Assembly (NCBI GenBank): GCA_963762115.1
Contig: CAVXJH010000006.1
Location: 352,001 to 416,000 of the forward strand
Source: Candidatus Babeliales bacterium
GTDB lineage: Bacteria; Babelota; Babeliae; Babelales; JANWKD01
Direction: 5' to 3'
DNA length: 64,000 nucleotides
Shown here piece by piece: positions 1 through 8,710 of the stretch. The notes under the pieces are model-generated. The model saw only the letters and a program-made list of their open reading frames with translations. It was not told the DNA's origin and made no database searches. A program made the translations under genes and the position numbers. How positions within the stretch are numbered: position 1 is the first letter of the stretch; every line of letters starts with the position of its first letter.

Positions 1-1
1 T

Positions 2-121
2 GTTTGCGGTTATGCGCCAAAGGAACGGAGTAGTTTGTTAAGGCATTTGAAACATGCTAAACATCGCCGTGTTCCGAAAAATCCGGCATCTATTAATTTT
101 AAATTAGGGGAAATTATATGA
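2..121 (+). CDS. 3' end of a C2H2 zinc-finger array paralog (truncated by window edge)
   Basis: Frame from base 2 reads VCGYAPKERSSLLRHLKHAKHRRVPKNPASINFKLGEII*, matching the C-termini of downstream paralogs; its TGA overlaps the next ATG (ATGA 118-121). Confidence 0.9.
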   Translation, partial: VCGYAPKERSSLLRHLKHAKHRRVPKNPASINFKLGEII

Positions 122-969
122 AAAAAATAGTTATTATATTAGCATTTATTTTTGTTGGCATGGTTAATGCTATGGAACAACGGTCATTATTAGATGGTAA
201 TGAAGTTCATAAATATGCACATAGTGATGAAGAAATTGCTTATCAAAAAGAGATACAGGATTTATATCATTGTATTCAACAACGAGAATCACGTACTCAA
301 AAAGAAATTCAATCAGAAGGTCCTACTCGCGGACCAGGTATTGAACAAATATTTTCTTTTCTTGCGCCAGTGCAGAATCATAATGTTTCTCACGCAAAGC
401 CATTAATTCGTGATTTTTGTTCAGTAGAAAATACTGAAGGGCAACAGGATCGAGCGACTGCTGATCGCCGAGAAAAAGAATTAGAAAAGCTGCAGTCCAT
501 TTTTTTCTGGCAAATAAAAGATCTTAGAAAAAGAACATGTGAAGAAGCCGCTTCATCTGATGAAAAAAATAGAGGCCTCCCTGAGGAACCTGTTGCAAGT
601 AAACGAGCTGCAAATAAAAGTTCAACATCGTCAGAAGATAAGGAAATATGCGGTATTAATGGTTGTCAATATCAAACAGCTTTTAGTTGTGAAATGGATG
701 TTCATAAAAAAGGCCCACATGAGTTGACAGTATGCCCTTATCCCGGTTGTAGTGCTCCTCCTTATCTGTTTTATAGCGATTTTTTGCAACATGTTAAGGA
801 TGCTCATCCAGAAATACGTTGTGATGTTTGTCATTATGCGCCAAAGGGACAGAATGCGAAAAAGAGTCAGCAAAGGAATGATTTATTAAGGCATTTTCAA
901 AGTATTAAACATCGCAAGAATCTGGCATTTATTAATTCTAAGGAAGGACAAATCGTATGGAAAAAATAG
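118..969 (+). CDS. Secreted triple C2H2 zinc-finger protein (array member)
   Basis: Signal peptide MKKIVIILAFIFVGMVNA|ME; basic LRKRT...SKR; fingers CGINGC..H..H, CPYPGC..H..H, CDVC..H..H. Confidence 0.88.
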   Translation: MKKIVIILAFIFVGMVNAMEQRSLLDGNEVHKYAHSDEEIAYQKEIQDLYHCIQQRESRTQKEIQSEGPTRGPGIEQIFSFLAPVQNHNVSHAKPLIRDFCSVENTEGQQDRATADRREKELEKLQSIFFWQIKDLRKRTCEEAASSDEKNRGLPEEPVASKRAANKSSTSSEDKEICGINGCQYQTAFSCEMDVHKKGPHELTVCPYPGCSAPPYLFYSDFLQHVKDAHPEIRCDVCHYAPKGQNAKKSQQRNDLLRHFQSIKHRKNLAFINSKEGQIVWKK

Positions 970-1889
970 TTATTATATTAGCATGTATTTTTGTTGGCAT
1001 GGCTAATGCTATGCAATCATCATTATTAGATAGTAAAGATATGCGTCAATATGTACATAATGATCCTGAAAAAATTGCTTATCTAAAAGATATAGAAGAT
1101 TTATATAAATGTATTCAACAAGAAGATGTTCAATCAGAAAGCCGCATTGGTGGACCAGGTATTGAACAACTATTTTCTTTTCTTGCGCCAGCGCAAAACC
1201 ATGAACAAGATTTAGTTAATATTTTTGGATTAAATGCTGTTAATAAAATTGATCATAGCCAGAAGTCACCTGCAGGAGATCCTTATTTGACTGGACATGA
1301 AAATGCTAAAAAAAAGAAAGTTCCTGCGTCATTAATTTTTGGTTTGTTGCAAGAAGCTTCCGTAGGAAATGTTGAAGAACAGCAAGGTCGAGCGATTGCT
1401 GATCGCCAAGAAAAAGAATTGGAGAGTATGCAATTCAATTTTTTGTGGCAACCAGAAGAGAAAGGTAAATCAAGAAAAAGAACATTAGAAGAAGCCGCTT
1501 CATCTGATGAAAAAAATAGAGGCCTCTCTAAAGAACCTGTTGTATCAAATACAAGCAAAAAGGTTGCAAGAAAAAGATCAAAGGTATCAGAAAATATGGA
1601 GATATGCGGTATTAATGGTTGTAGCTTTAGTACAGTATTGAGTGAGTGTATGAGGTGTCATAAAAAAACACCGCATGAACAAAAACAATGCCCTTATCCT
1701 GGTTGTGCTTTTCACCATCAATCCAGAGCTGAGTTATTACAACATATTAAGGGGTGCCATCCAGAAAAATCTTGTATTGTTTGCGGTTATACGCCAAAGA
1801 AACGGAGTAATTTATTAACGCATTTTCGACGCGTTAAACATCGTTACACTTTGAAGGATCCTGCATCTATTAATTTTAAATTAGGATAA
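957..1889 (+). CDS. Secreted triple C2H2 zinc-finger protein (array member)
   Basis: Signal peptide ending ANA|MQ; SRKRT...KKVARKRSK; three C-terminal C2H2 motifs. Confidence 0.88.
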   Translation: MEKIVIILACIFVGMANAMQSSLLDSKDMRQYVHNDPEKIAYLKDIEDLYKCIQQEDVQSESRIGGPGIEQLFSFLAPAQNHEQDLVNIFGLNAVNKIDHSQKSPAGDPYLTGHENAKKKKVPASLIFGLLQEASVGNVEEQQGRAIADRQEKELESMQFNFLWQPEEKGKSRKRTLEEAASSDEKNRGLSKEPVVSNTSKKVARKRSKVSENMEICGINGCSFSTVLSECMRCHKKTPHEQKQCPYPGCAFHHQSRAELLQHIKGCHPEKSCIVCGYTPKKRSNLLTHFRRVKHRYTLKDPASINFKLG

Positions 1890-1894
1890 ATCGC

Positions 1895-2656
1895 ATGAAA
1901 AAAATATTTATTGTATTAGCATTTATTTTTGTTGGCATGGCTAATGCTATGCAATGGTCATTATTAGATGGTAATAAAGTTCGTCAATATGTACATACTG
2001 ATCCTAAAGAAATTGCTTATCTAAAAGGTATACAAGATTTATATAAGTGTATTCAACAGCGAGAATCACGTACTCAAGGAGCAGTTCAATCAGAAGGTCC
2101 TACTCGTGGACCAGGTATTGAACAAATATTTTATTTTCTCAAGCCAGTACAGAATCATAATGCAGAACCATTTGAGAGAAATTCTTATTTGACTGAACAT
2201 GAAAATGATAAAAACGAGGAAAGTAACCCCAGAAAAAGAACATTTGAAGAAGCCGTTGCATCTGATGAAAAACATAGGGATCTCTCTAATGAACCTGTTG
2301 TATCAAATACAAGCAAAAAGGTTGCAAGAAAAAGATCAATGTTATCAAAAAAGATATGCGGTATTAATGGTTGTAGCTATAGTTCAGTAGATTGCATGAA
2401 GCGTCATCAAAAAACACTGCATGAGCAAAAACAATGTCCTTATCCTGGTTGTGCTTTTCATCATCAATCCCAAGGTGAGTTGCTTCAGCATATTAAGAGG
2501 TCTCATCTAGAAAAATCTTGTCCTGTTTGCGGTTATGCGCCAAAGGGACAGATTAATTTACGGAGTAATTTATTAAGGCATTTGCAAAATGCTAAACATC
2601 GCCATGTTCCGAAAAATCCGGCATCTACTAATTTGGGGAAAGGAAAAATCGCATGA
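1895..2656 (+). CDS. Secreted triple C2H2 zinc-finger protein (array member)
   Basis: Same architecture; PRKRT...KKVARKRS; three fingers. Confidence 0.88.
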   Translation: MKKIFIVLAFIFVGMANAMQWSLLDGNKVRQYVHTDPKEIAYLKGIQDLYKCIQQRESRTQGAVQSEGPTRGPGIEQIFYFLKPVQNHNAEPFERNSYLTEHENDKNEESNPRKRTFEEAVASDEKHRDLSNEPVVSNTSKKVARKRSMLSKKICGINGCSYSSVDCMKRHQKTLHEQKQCPYPGCAFHHQSQGELLQHIKRSHLEKSCPVCGYAPKGQINLRSNLLRHLQNAKHRHVPKNPASTNLGKGKIA

Positions 2657-3594
2657 AAAAGATATTTATTGTATTAGCATTTATTTTTGTTGGCATGGCT
2701 AATGCTATGCAATCATCATTATTAGATGGTAGTGGAGTTCGTCACTATGTATATAATGATCCTGAAGAAATTGCTTATCTAAACGATATAGAAGATTTAT
2801 ATAAACGTATTCAACAAGAAGATGTTCAATCGTGTACTCAAGAAGCAGTTCAATCAAAAGGCTGCACTGAAGGACCAAGGATTGAAGAAATATTTTCTTT
2901 TCTCGCGCCAGTGCAAAACCATGAACAAGATTTAGTTAATATCTTTGGATTAAATGCTGTTAATAAAATTGATCATAGCCAGAAGTCATCTGCAGGAAAT
3001 CCTTATTTGACTGGACATGAAAAAAATGAAGTTTCTGTGCCATTAATTCTTGGTTTTTTGCAAGAAGCTTCAGTAGAAAATGATGAAGAACAACAAGGTC
3101 GAGCGATTGCTGATCGCCAAGAAAAAGAATTGGAGAGTATGCAATTCAGTTTTTTGTGGCAACCAGAAGAGAAAAGTAAATCAAGAAAAAGAACATTAGA
3201 AGAAGCCGCTTCATCTGATGAAAAAAATAGAGACAAGGAACCTGTTGTATCAAATACAAGCAAAAAGGTTGCAAGAAAAAGTTCAACGTCATCAAAAAAT
3301 ATGGAGATATGCGGTATTAATGGTTGCCAGTATCATGCAACGGTGAGTAGGCATATGAAGGATCATAAACAAACAGAGCATGAGCAAAAACAATGTCCTT
3401 ATCCTGGTTGTACTTTTCACCTTCAATCCAGAGGAGAGTTGTTGCAACATATTAAGGAGAACCATTCAGAAAAATGTTGTAATGTTTGTGGTTATTCGCC
3501 AAGGGAACGGGGTGATTTATTAAAACATTTGCAACGCGCTAAACATGGCTCTGTTTCGAAGAATCCGGCATTTATTAATTTTAAATTAGGATAA
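2653..3594 (+). CDS. Secreted triple C2H2 zinc-finger protein (array member)
   Basis: Same architecture; ATGA overlap with previous gene. Confidence 0.88.
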   Translation: MKKIFIVLAFIFVGMANAMQSSLLDGSGVRHYVYNDPEEIAYLNDIEDLYKRIQQEDVQSCTQEAVQSKGCTEGPRIEEIFSFLAPVQNHEQDLVNIFGLNAVNKIDHSQKSSAGNPYLTGHEKNEVSVPLILGFLQEASVENDEEQQGRAIADRQEKELESMQFSFLWQPEEKSKSRKRTLEEAASSDEKNRDKEPVVSNTSKKVARKSSTSSKNMEICGINGCQYHATVSRHMKDHKQTEHEQKQCPYPGCTFHLQSRGELLQHIKENHSEKCCNVCGYSPRERGDLLKHLQRAKHGSVSKNPAFINFKLG

Positions 3595-3599
3595 ATCGC

Positions 3600-4601
3600 A
3601 TGAAAAAGATGTTTATTATATTAGCATGTATTTTTGTTGGCATGGCTAATGCTATGGAGTTGCCATTATTCGATGATAATGATGTACATACTGATCCTGA
3701 AGAAATTGCTTATCTAAAAGATATAGAAGATTTATATAAAGGTATTCAACAAGAAGATGTTCAATTAGAAAGCCGCACTGGTGAATTAGACATTGAACAA
3801 CTATTTTCTTTTCTTAATCCTGTTTTTCCTGACTATATTCAACAAGAAGATGTTCAATCACGTACTCAAGAGGAACGTACGAGCGGACCAAGTATTGAAC
3901 AAATCAAGCCAGCGCAGAATCATACTATAGAACCATTTGAGAGAAATCTTTATTTGACTGAACATGAAAATGATGAAAAGAAGGAAGTTTCTGCAGCGTC
4001 ATTAATTTTTGATTTTTTGCAAAAATCTTCAGTAAAAAAAGAAGAAAAGCGACAAAATAGAGCGATTGTTGATCGCCAAGAACAACAAGATCGAGCGATT
4101 GCTGATCGCCAAGAAAAAGAATTGGAGAGTATGCAATTCAGTTTTTTGTGGCAACCAGAAGAGGAAAGTAACCCCAGAAAAAGAACATTAGAAGAAGCCG
4201 CTTCATCTGATGAAAAAAATAGAGGCTCTTCTAAAGAACCTGTTGTATTAAATACAAGCAAAAAGGTTGCAAGAAAAAGTTCAACGTCATCAAAAAATAT
4301 GAAGATATGCGGTATTAATGGTTGCCAGTATCATGCAACGGTGAGTAGGCATATGAAGGATCATAAAGAAACACCGCATGAGCAAAAGCAATGTCCTTAT
4401 CCTGGTTGTGCTTTTTACCATCAGTCCCAAGGTGAGTTGTTTCAGCATATTAAGAAGTCTCATCCAGAAAAATCTTGTCCTGATTGCGGTTATGCGCCAA
4501 ATCTACGGAGTAATTTATTAAGGCATTTGCAACAGGTTAAACATCGCCGTGTTCCGAAAAATCCGGCATCTATTAATTTTAAATTAGGGGAAATCATATG
4601 A
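3600..4601 (+). CDS. Secreted triple C2H2 zinc-finger protein (array member)
   Basis: Same architecture, with internal duplications (IQQEDVQ twice, RAIxDRQE twice). Confidence 0.88.
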   Translation: MKKMFIILACIFVGMANAMELPLFDDNDVHTDPEEIAYLKDIEDLYKGIQQEDVQLESRTGELDIEQLFSFLNPVFPDYIQQEDVQSRTQEERTSGPSIEQIKPAQNHTIEPFERNLYLTEHENDEKKEVSAASLIFDFLQKSSVKKEEKRQNRAIVDRQEQQDRAIADRQEKELESMQFSFLWQPEEESNPRKRTLEEAASSDEKNRGSSKEPVVLNTSKKVARKSSTSSKNMKICGINGCQYHATVSRHMKDHKETPHEQKQCPYPGCAFYHQSQGELFQHIKKSHPEKSCPDCGYAPNLRSNLLRHLQQVKHRRVPKNPASINFKLGEII

Positions 4602-5392
4602 AAAAAATAGTTATTATATTAGCATTTATTTTTGTTGGCATGGCCAGTGCTATGCAACAACGGTCATTATTAGATGGTAATGATATGCGTAAATATGTAC
4701 ATACTGATCCTGAAGAAATTGCTTATCTAAAAGGTATAGAAGATTTATATAAACGTATTCAGCAACGAAAATCGCATACTCAACAAGCAGTTCAATCAGA
4801 AGGCCCTACTGGTGGGCCCGATCTTGAACAAATATTTTCTTTTCTTAAGCCAGTGCAGAATCATAATGTTTCTCACGCAAAGCCATTAATTTTTGGTTTT
4901 TTACAAGAAGTTTCCGTAGGGAATGTTGAAGAACATCGAGAAGAGTTCAATGAGGAAAGTAATCCCAAAAAAAGAACATTAGAAGAAGCCGCTTCATCTG
5001 ATGAAAGAAATAAAGATTTTCCTGAGGAATCTATTGTCTCAAAGGTAAGCAAAAAGGTTGCAAGAAAAAGCTTAACGGTATCAAAAAATATGGAGATATG
5101 CGGTATTAATGGTTGTAGCGTTAGTACAGCATTGAGTAATGCCATGAAGCGTCATAAAGAAACACTGCATGAGCAAAAGCCATGTCCTTATCCTGGTTGT
5201 GCTTTTCACCATCAATCCAAAGGTGAGTTGCGTGAGCATATTAAGAGGTCTCATCCAGAAAAATTTTGTCCTGTTTGTGGTTATACGCCAAAGGAACGGG
5301 GTAATTTATTAAAACATTTGCAACATGCTAAACATCGCCCTGCTTCGAAGAATCCGGCATCTATTAATTTGGGGAAGGGAAAAATCGCATGA
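4598..5392 (+). CDS. Secreted triple C2H2 zinc-finger protein (array member)
   Basis: Same architecture; N-terminal ~95 aa nearly identical to the next gene. Confidence 0.88.
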   Translation: MKKIVIILAFIFVGMASAMQQRSLLDGNDMRKYVHTDPEEIAYLKGIEDLYKRIQQRKSHTQQAVQSEGPTGGPDLEQIFSFLKPVQNHNVSHAKPLIFGFLQEVSVGNVEEHREEFNEESNPKKRTLEEAASSDERNKDFPEESIVSKVSKKVARKSLTVSKNMEICGINGCSVSTALSNAMKRHKETLHEQKPCPYPGCAFHHQSKGELREHIKRSHPEKFCPVCGYTPKERGNLLKHLQHAKHRPASKNPASINLGKGKIA

Positions 5393-6222
5393 AAAAAATA
5401 TTTATTGTATTGGCATTTATTTTTGTTGGCATGGCCAGTGCTATGCAACAACGGTCATTATTAGATGGTAATGATATGCGTAAATATGTACATACTGATC
5501 CTGAAGAAATTGCTTATCTAAAAGGTATAGAAGATTTATATAAACGTATTCAGCAACGAAAATCGCATACTCAACAAGCAGTTCAATCAGAAGGCCCTAC
5601 TGGTGGGCCCAATCTTGAACAAATATTTTCTTTTCTTAAGCCAGTGCAGAATCATAATGTTTCTCACGCAAAGCCATTAATTCTTGGTTTTTGTTCAGTA
5701 GGAAATGCTGATGAACAACAAGATCGAGCGATTGCTATTCATCAGCAAGAAAAACCAGAGAAAATGCAGTTAAGTTTTTTGTTACAACCAGAAGAAAAAA
5801 GTAACCCCAAAAAAAGAACATTTGAAGAAGCTGCTTCATCTGATGAAAAAAAGAGAGATCTCTTTAATGAATCTGTTGTATCAGATGTTGATAACGTTGC
5901 AAGCCAAGGCCCAATATTGTCAGAAAATAGGGAGATATGCGGTATTAATAGCTGTAAATTCCATGCAGATAAGCGTGGAATTATGAGTATTCATAAAAAA
6001 AGACGGCATACGCAAAAACAATGTTATTGGCCTGGTTGTGCTCTTCTCTGTCAATCCAGAGGTGAGTTATTACAACATATTAATAGATGCCATCTAGAAA
6101 AACATTGTATTGTTTGTGGTTATGCGTCAGAGAAGCGGGGTGATTTATTAAGGCATTTTCGACGCGCTAAACATGGCTACATTTTGAAGGATCCCCCATT
6201 TATTAATTTTAAATTAGGATAA
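5389..6222 (+). CDS. Secreted triple C2H2 zinc-finger protein (array member)
   Basis: Same architecture; fingers CGINSC, CYWPGC, CIVC. Confidence 0.88.
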   Translation: MKKIFIVLAFIFVGMASAMQQRSLLDGNDMRKYVHTDPEEIAYLKGIEDLYKRIQQRKSHTQQAVQSEGPTGGPNLEQIFSFLKPVQNHNVSHAKPLILGFCSVGNADEQQDRAIAIHQQEKPEKMQLSFLLQPEEKSNPKKRTFEEAASSDEKKRDLFNESVVSDVDNVASQGPILSENREICGINSCKFHADKRGIMSIHKKRRHTQKQCYWPGCALLCQSRGELLQHINRCHLEKHCIVCGYASEKRGDLLRHFRRAKHGYILKDPPFINFKLG

Positions 6223-6227
6223 ATCGT

Positions 6228-7046
6228 ATGAAAAAAATATTTATTGTATTGGCATTTATTTTTGTTGGCATGGCTAATGCTATGCAATTACGGTTATTAG
6301 ATGGTAATGAAGTTCGTCAATATGTACATACTGATCCTGAAGAAATTGCTTATCTAAAAAGTATACAAGATATTCAACAAGAAGATGTTCAATCGCGTAT
6401 TGAACAAGAAATTAAATCAAAAGGACGCACTGCTGGACCAGGTATTGAACAAATATTTTCTTTTCTCGTGCCAGTGCAGAATCATAATGATTCTCATATA
6501 AAACCACTAATTCTTGGTTTTTTGCAAAAAGCTTTCGTAGAAAATGTTGAAGAACATCGAGAAGAATGCAATGAAAAAAGTATATCCAAAAAAAGAACAT
6601 TTGAAGAAGCTGCTTTATCTGATGAAAGAAATAAAGATGTTCCTGAGGAATCTGTTGTCTCAAATGTAAGCAAAAAAGCTGCAAGAAAAAGCTCAACATC
6701 AAAAAATATGGATATATGCGGTATTAATGGTTGTCAGTATCGTGCAGCTAAGGATGAAACTATGAATATTCATAAAGGAACACTACATGAGCAAAAGCAA
6801 TGTCCTTATCCCGGTTGTACTTTTCATCGTCAATCAAGAGGTGAGTTATCACAACATGTTGATATGTACCATCCAGAAAAATATTGTACTATTTGTGGTT
6901 ATACGCCAAAGAGACGGTGTGATTTATTAAGGCATTTGCAATTTACTGATCATTCAAAAGACCTTTTTTGTAAATACAAATATTGCAAAGAAAAGCTTTT
7001 AAATATTACTGATTTAAGGCAGCATTACGCAAAATATCATAAATAA
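6228..7046 (+). CDS. Secreted four-finger C2H2 zinc-finger protein (array member)
   Basis: Three family fingers plus an extra CKYKYC...LRQHYAKYH finger. Confidence 0.87.
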   Translation: MKKIFIVLAFIFVGMANAMQLRLLDGNEVRQYVHTDPEEIAYLKSIQDIQQEDVQSRIEQEIKSKGRTAGPGIEQIFSFLVPVQNHNDSHIKPLILGFLQKAFVENVEEHREECNEKSISKKRTFEEAALSDERNKDVPEESVVSNVSKKAARKSSTSKNMDICGINGCQYRAAKDETMNIHKGTLHEQKQCPYPGCTFHRQSRGELSQHVDMYHPEKYCTICGYTPKRRCDLLRHLQFTDHSKDLFCKYKYCKEKLLNITDLRQHYAKYHK

Positions 7047-7069
7047 GTTTTAAAATTTAGGATAAATCG

Positions 7070-7960
7070 ATGAAAAAAATATTTATTGTATTGGCATTTA
7101 TTTTTGTTGGCATGGCTAATGCTATGCAATTGCCATTATTAGATGGTAATAAAGTTCGTCAATATGTACATACTGATCCTAAAGAAATTGCTTATCTAAA
7201 AGGCATACAAAATATTCAACAAGAAAATGTTCAATCGTGTACTCAAGAAAAAATTCAAGCGGAAGAACGTACGAGTGGACCAGGCATTGAACAAATATTT
7301 TCTTTTCTCAAGTCAGTGCAGAACCATGATGTTCCTCATATAAAACCATTTGAGAGTGATTCTTATTTGATTGAATATCAAAATGATGAAAAAAAAGAAG
7401 TTTCTGCGCCATTAATTCTTGGTTTTTGTTCAGTAGAAAATGCTGATGAACAACAAGGTCGAGCGACTGTTGATCGCCCAAAAAAAGGATTGGAGGGTAT
7501 GCAGTTCAGCTTTTTGTTGCAACCAAAAGAGAAAAGTAATTCTAAAAAAAGAACATGTGAAGAAGCAGCTTCATCTGATGAAAAAAAGAGCGGTCTCTCT
7601 AAGGAATCTGCTGTATCAAATGCAAGCAAAAGGGCTGCAAATAAAAGTTCAACATCGTCAGAAAAAATGAAGATATGCGGTATGAATGGTTGTAGCTTTA
7701 GTGCAGTATTGCGTGATACCATTAGGCGTCATCAAGAAACACGGCATGAGCAAAAGCAATGCCCTTATCCTGGTTGTGCTTTTCACTATCAATCCAAAGC
7801 TGATTTTTCGCAACATATTGATAATGCCCATCCAGAACTATGTTGTACTATTTGTGGTTATGAGACAAGGAAACGGTCTTGTTTATTACAACATTTTCAA
7901 AGTATTAAACATCGCAAGAATCTGGCATTTATTAATTCTGGGGAAGGACAAATCGTATGA
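7070..7960 (+). CDS. Secreted triple C2H2 zinc-finger protein (array member)
   Basis: Same architecture; C-terminus HFQSIKHRKNLAFINS shared with 118..969. Confidence 0.88.
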   Translation: MKKIFIVLAFIFVGMANAMQLPLLDGNKVRQYVHTDPKEIAYLKGIQNIQQENVQSCTQEKIQAEERTSGPGIEQIFSFLKSVQNHDVPHIKPFESDSYLIEYQNDEKKEVSAPLILGFCSVENADEQQGRATVDRPKKGLEGMQFSFLLQPKEKSNSKKRTCEEAASSDEKKSGLSKESAVSNASKRAANKSSTSSEKMKICGMNGCSFSAVLRDTIRRHQETRHEQKQCPYPGCAFHYQSKADFSQHIDNAHPELCCTICGYETRKRSCLLQHFQSIKHRKNLAFINSGEGQIV

Positions 7961-8538
7961 AAAAAATATTTATTGTATTAGCGTTTATTTTTTGTAGTGT
8001 GTTGTATGGTATGGAAGAATCAACTGAAGACTATGTTGAAAGAAAATTAAGCGAAGCATTTTCTTTGCTTGATAAAACGATGTTGTTATCACGAGATTCA
8101 AACGGAGCTTCAAAGAGTATTGATGATGAGGAGTTATTTTTAACTGAAGCTGATCTAGTTGATGTATTATACCCAAATACTCCAAAACCAAATACTAAAT
8201 CTTCAAGCAGGGGATTAAAAAGAAGCTTCGAAATGATGATTAATAGTGATCATGTAAGAGATCAAGATTTTGATGATCATAAAGATCAAGATATAAAATG
8301 GCAAGGTAAGGATGAAAAAGAGTGTTCTTTGTGTGGTAAAATTATAGCTAATCTTAGGTATAAAAAGTCGCATGAATTGTGGCATAGGAAAACTGTAGAA
8401 AAAAATAAACGATGTGATGCATGTAAATATGCATTTGAGTCTAGGAGTGGTTATTATTCTCATAATAAATCAACTATTCATAATCGCGTAATTTCCTATA
8501 GAGCATTTAAGGTTGAATCTATTTCTTGTGGGAATTAG
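7957..8538 (+). CDS. Secreted C2H2 zinc-finger protein, second subfamily, prematurely terminated
   Basis: Signal peptide ...VLYG|ME; acidic region, GLKRSFE, two fingers (CSLC..H..H, CDAC..H..H); paralog of 8711..9607, stop where the paralog has GAG. Confidence 0.85.
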   Translation: MKKIFIVLAFIFCSVLYGMEESTEDYVERKLSEAFSLLDKTMLLSRDSNGASKSIDDEELFLTEADLVDVLYPNTPKPNTKSSSRGLKRSFEMMINSDHVRDQDFDDHKDQDIKWQGKDEKECSLCGKIIANLRYKKSHELWHRKTVEKNKRCDACKYAFESRSGYYSHNKSTIHNRVISYRAFKVESISCGN

Positions 8539-8705
8539 AGACATTTTGAGATCAGCGGCGCAAATGCAATGCAGCCAATTAAGAGAGTTTTCATGAAGAC
8601 AAAAAATGTCATAATTGCAGTCACGTGTTTTTGAGTCGATCAGCACTCAACCAGCATAAAAGGGATTGTAAGGATCCGGCATTTATTAATTTTAAATTAG
8701 GGTAA
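8539..8705 (+). pseudogene. Decayed 3' tail of 7957..8538 encoding a further finger
   Basis: Aligns to the 3' part of 8711..9607; after a 1-nt deletion and a CAA>TAA change it reads ESFHEDKKCHNCSHVFLSRSALNQHKRDCKDPAFINFKLG*. Confidence 0.8.
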
Positions 8706-8710
8706 ATCGT

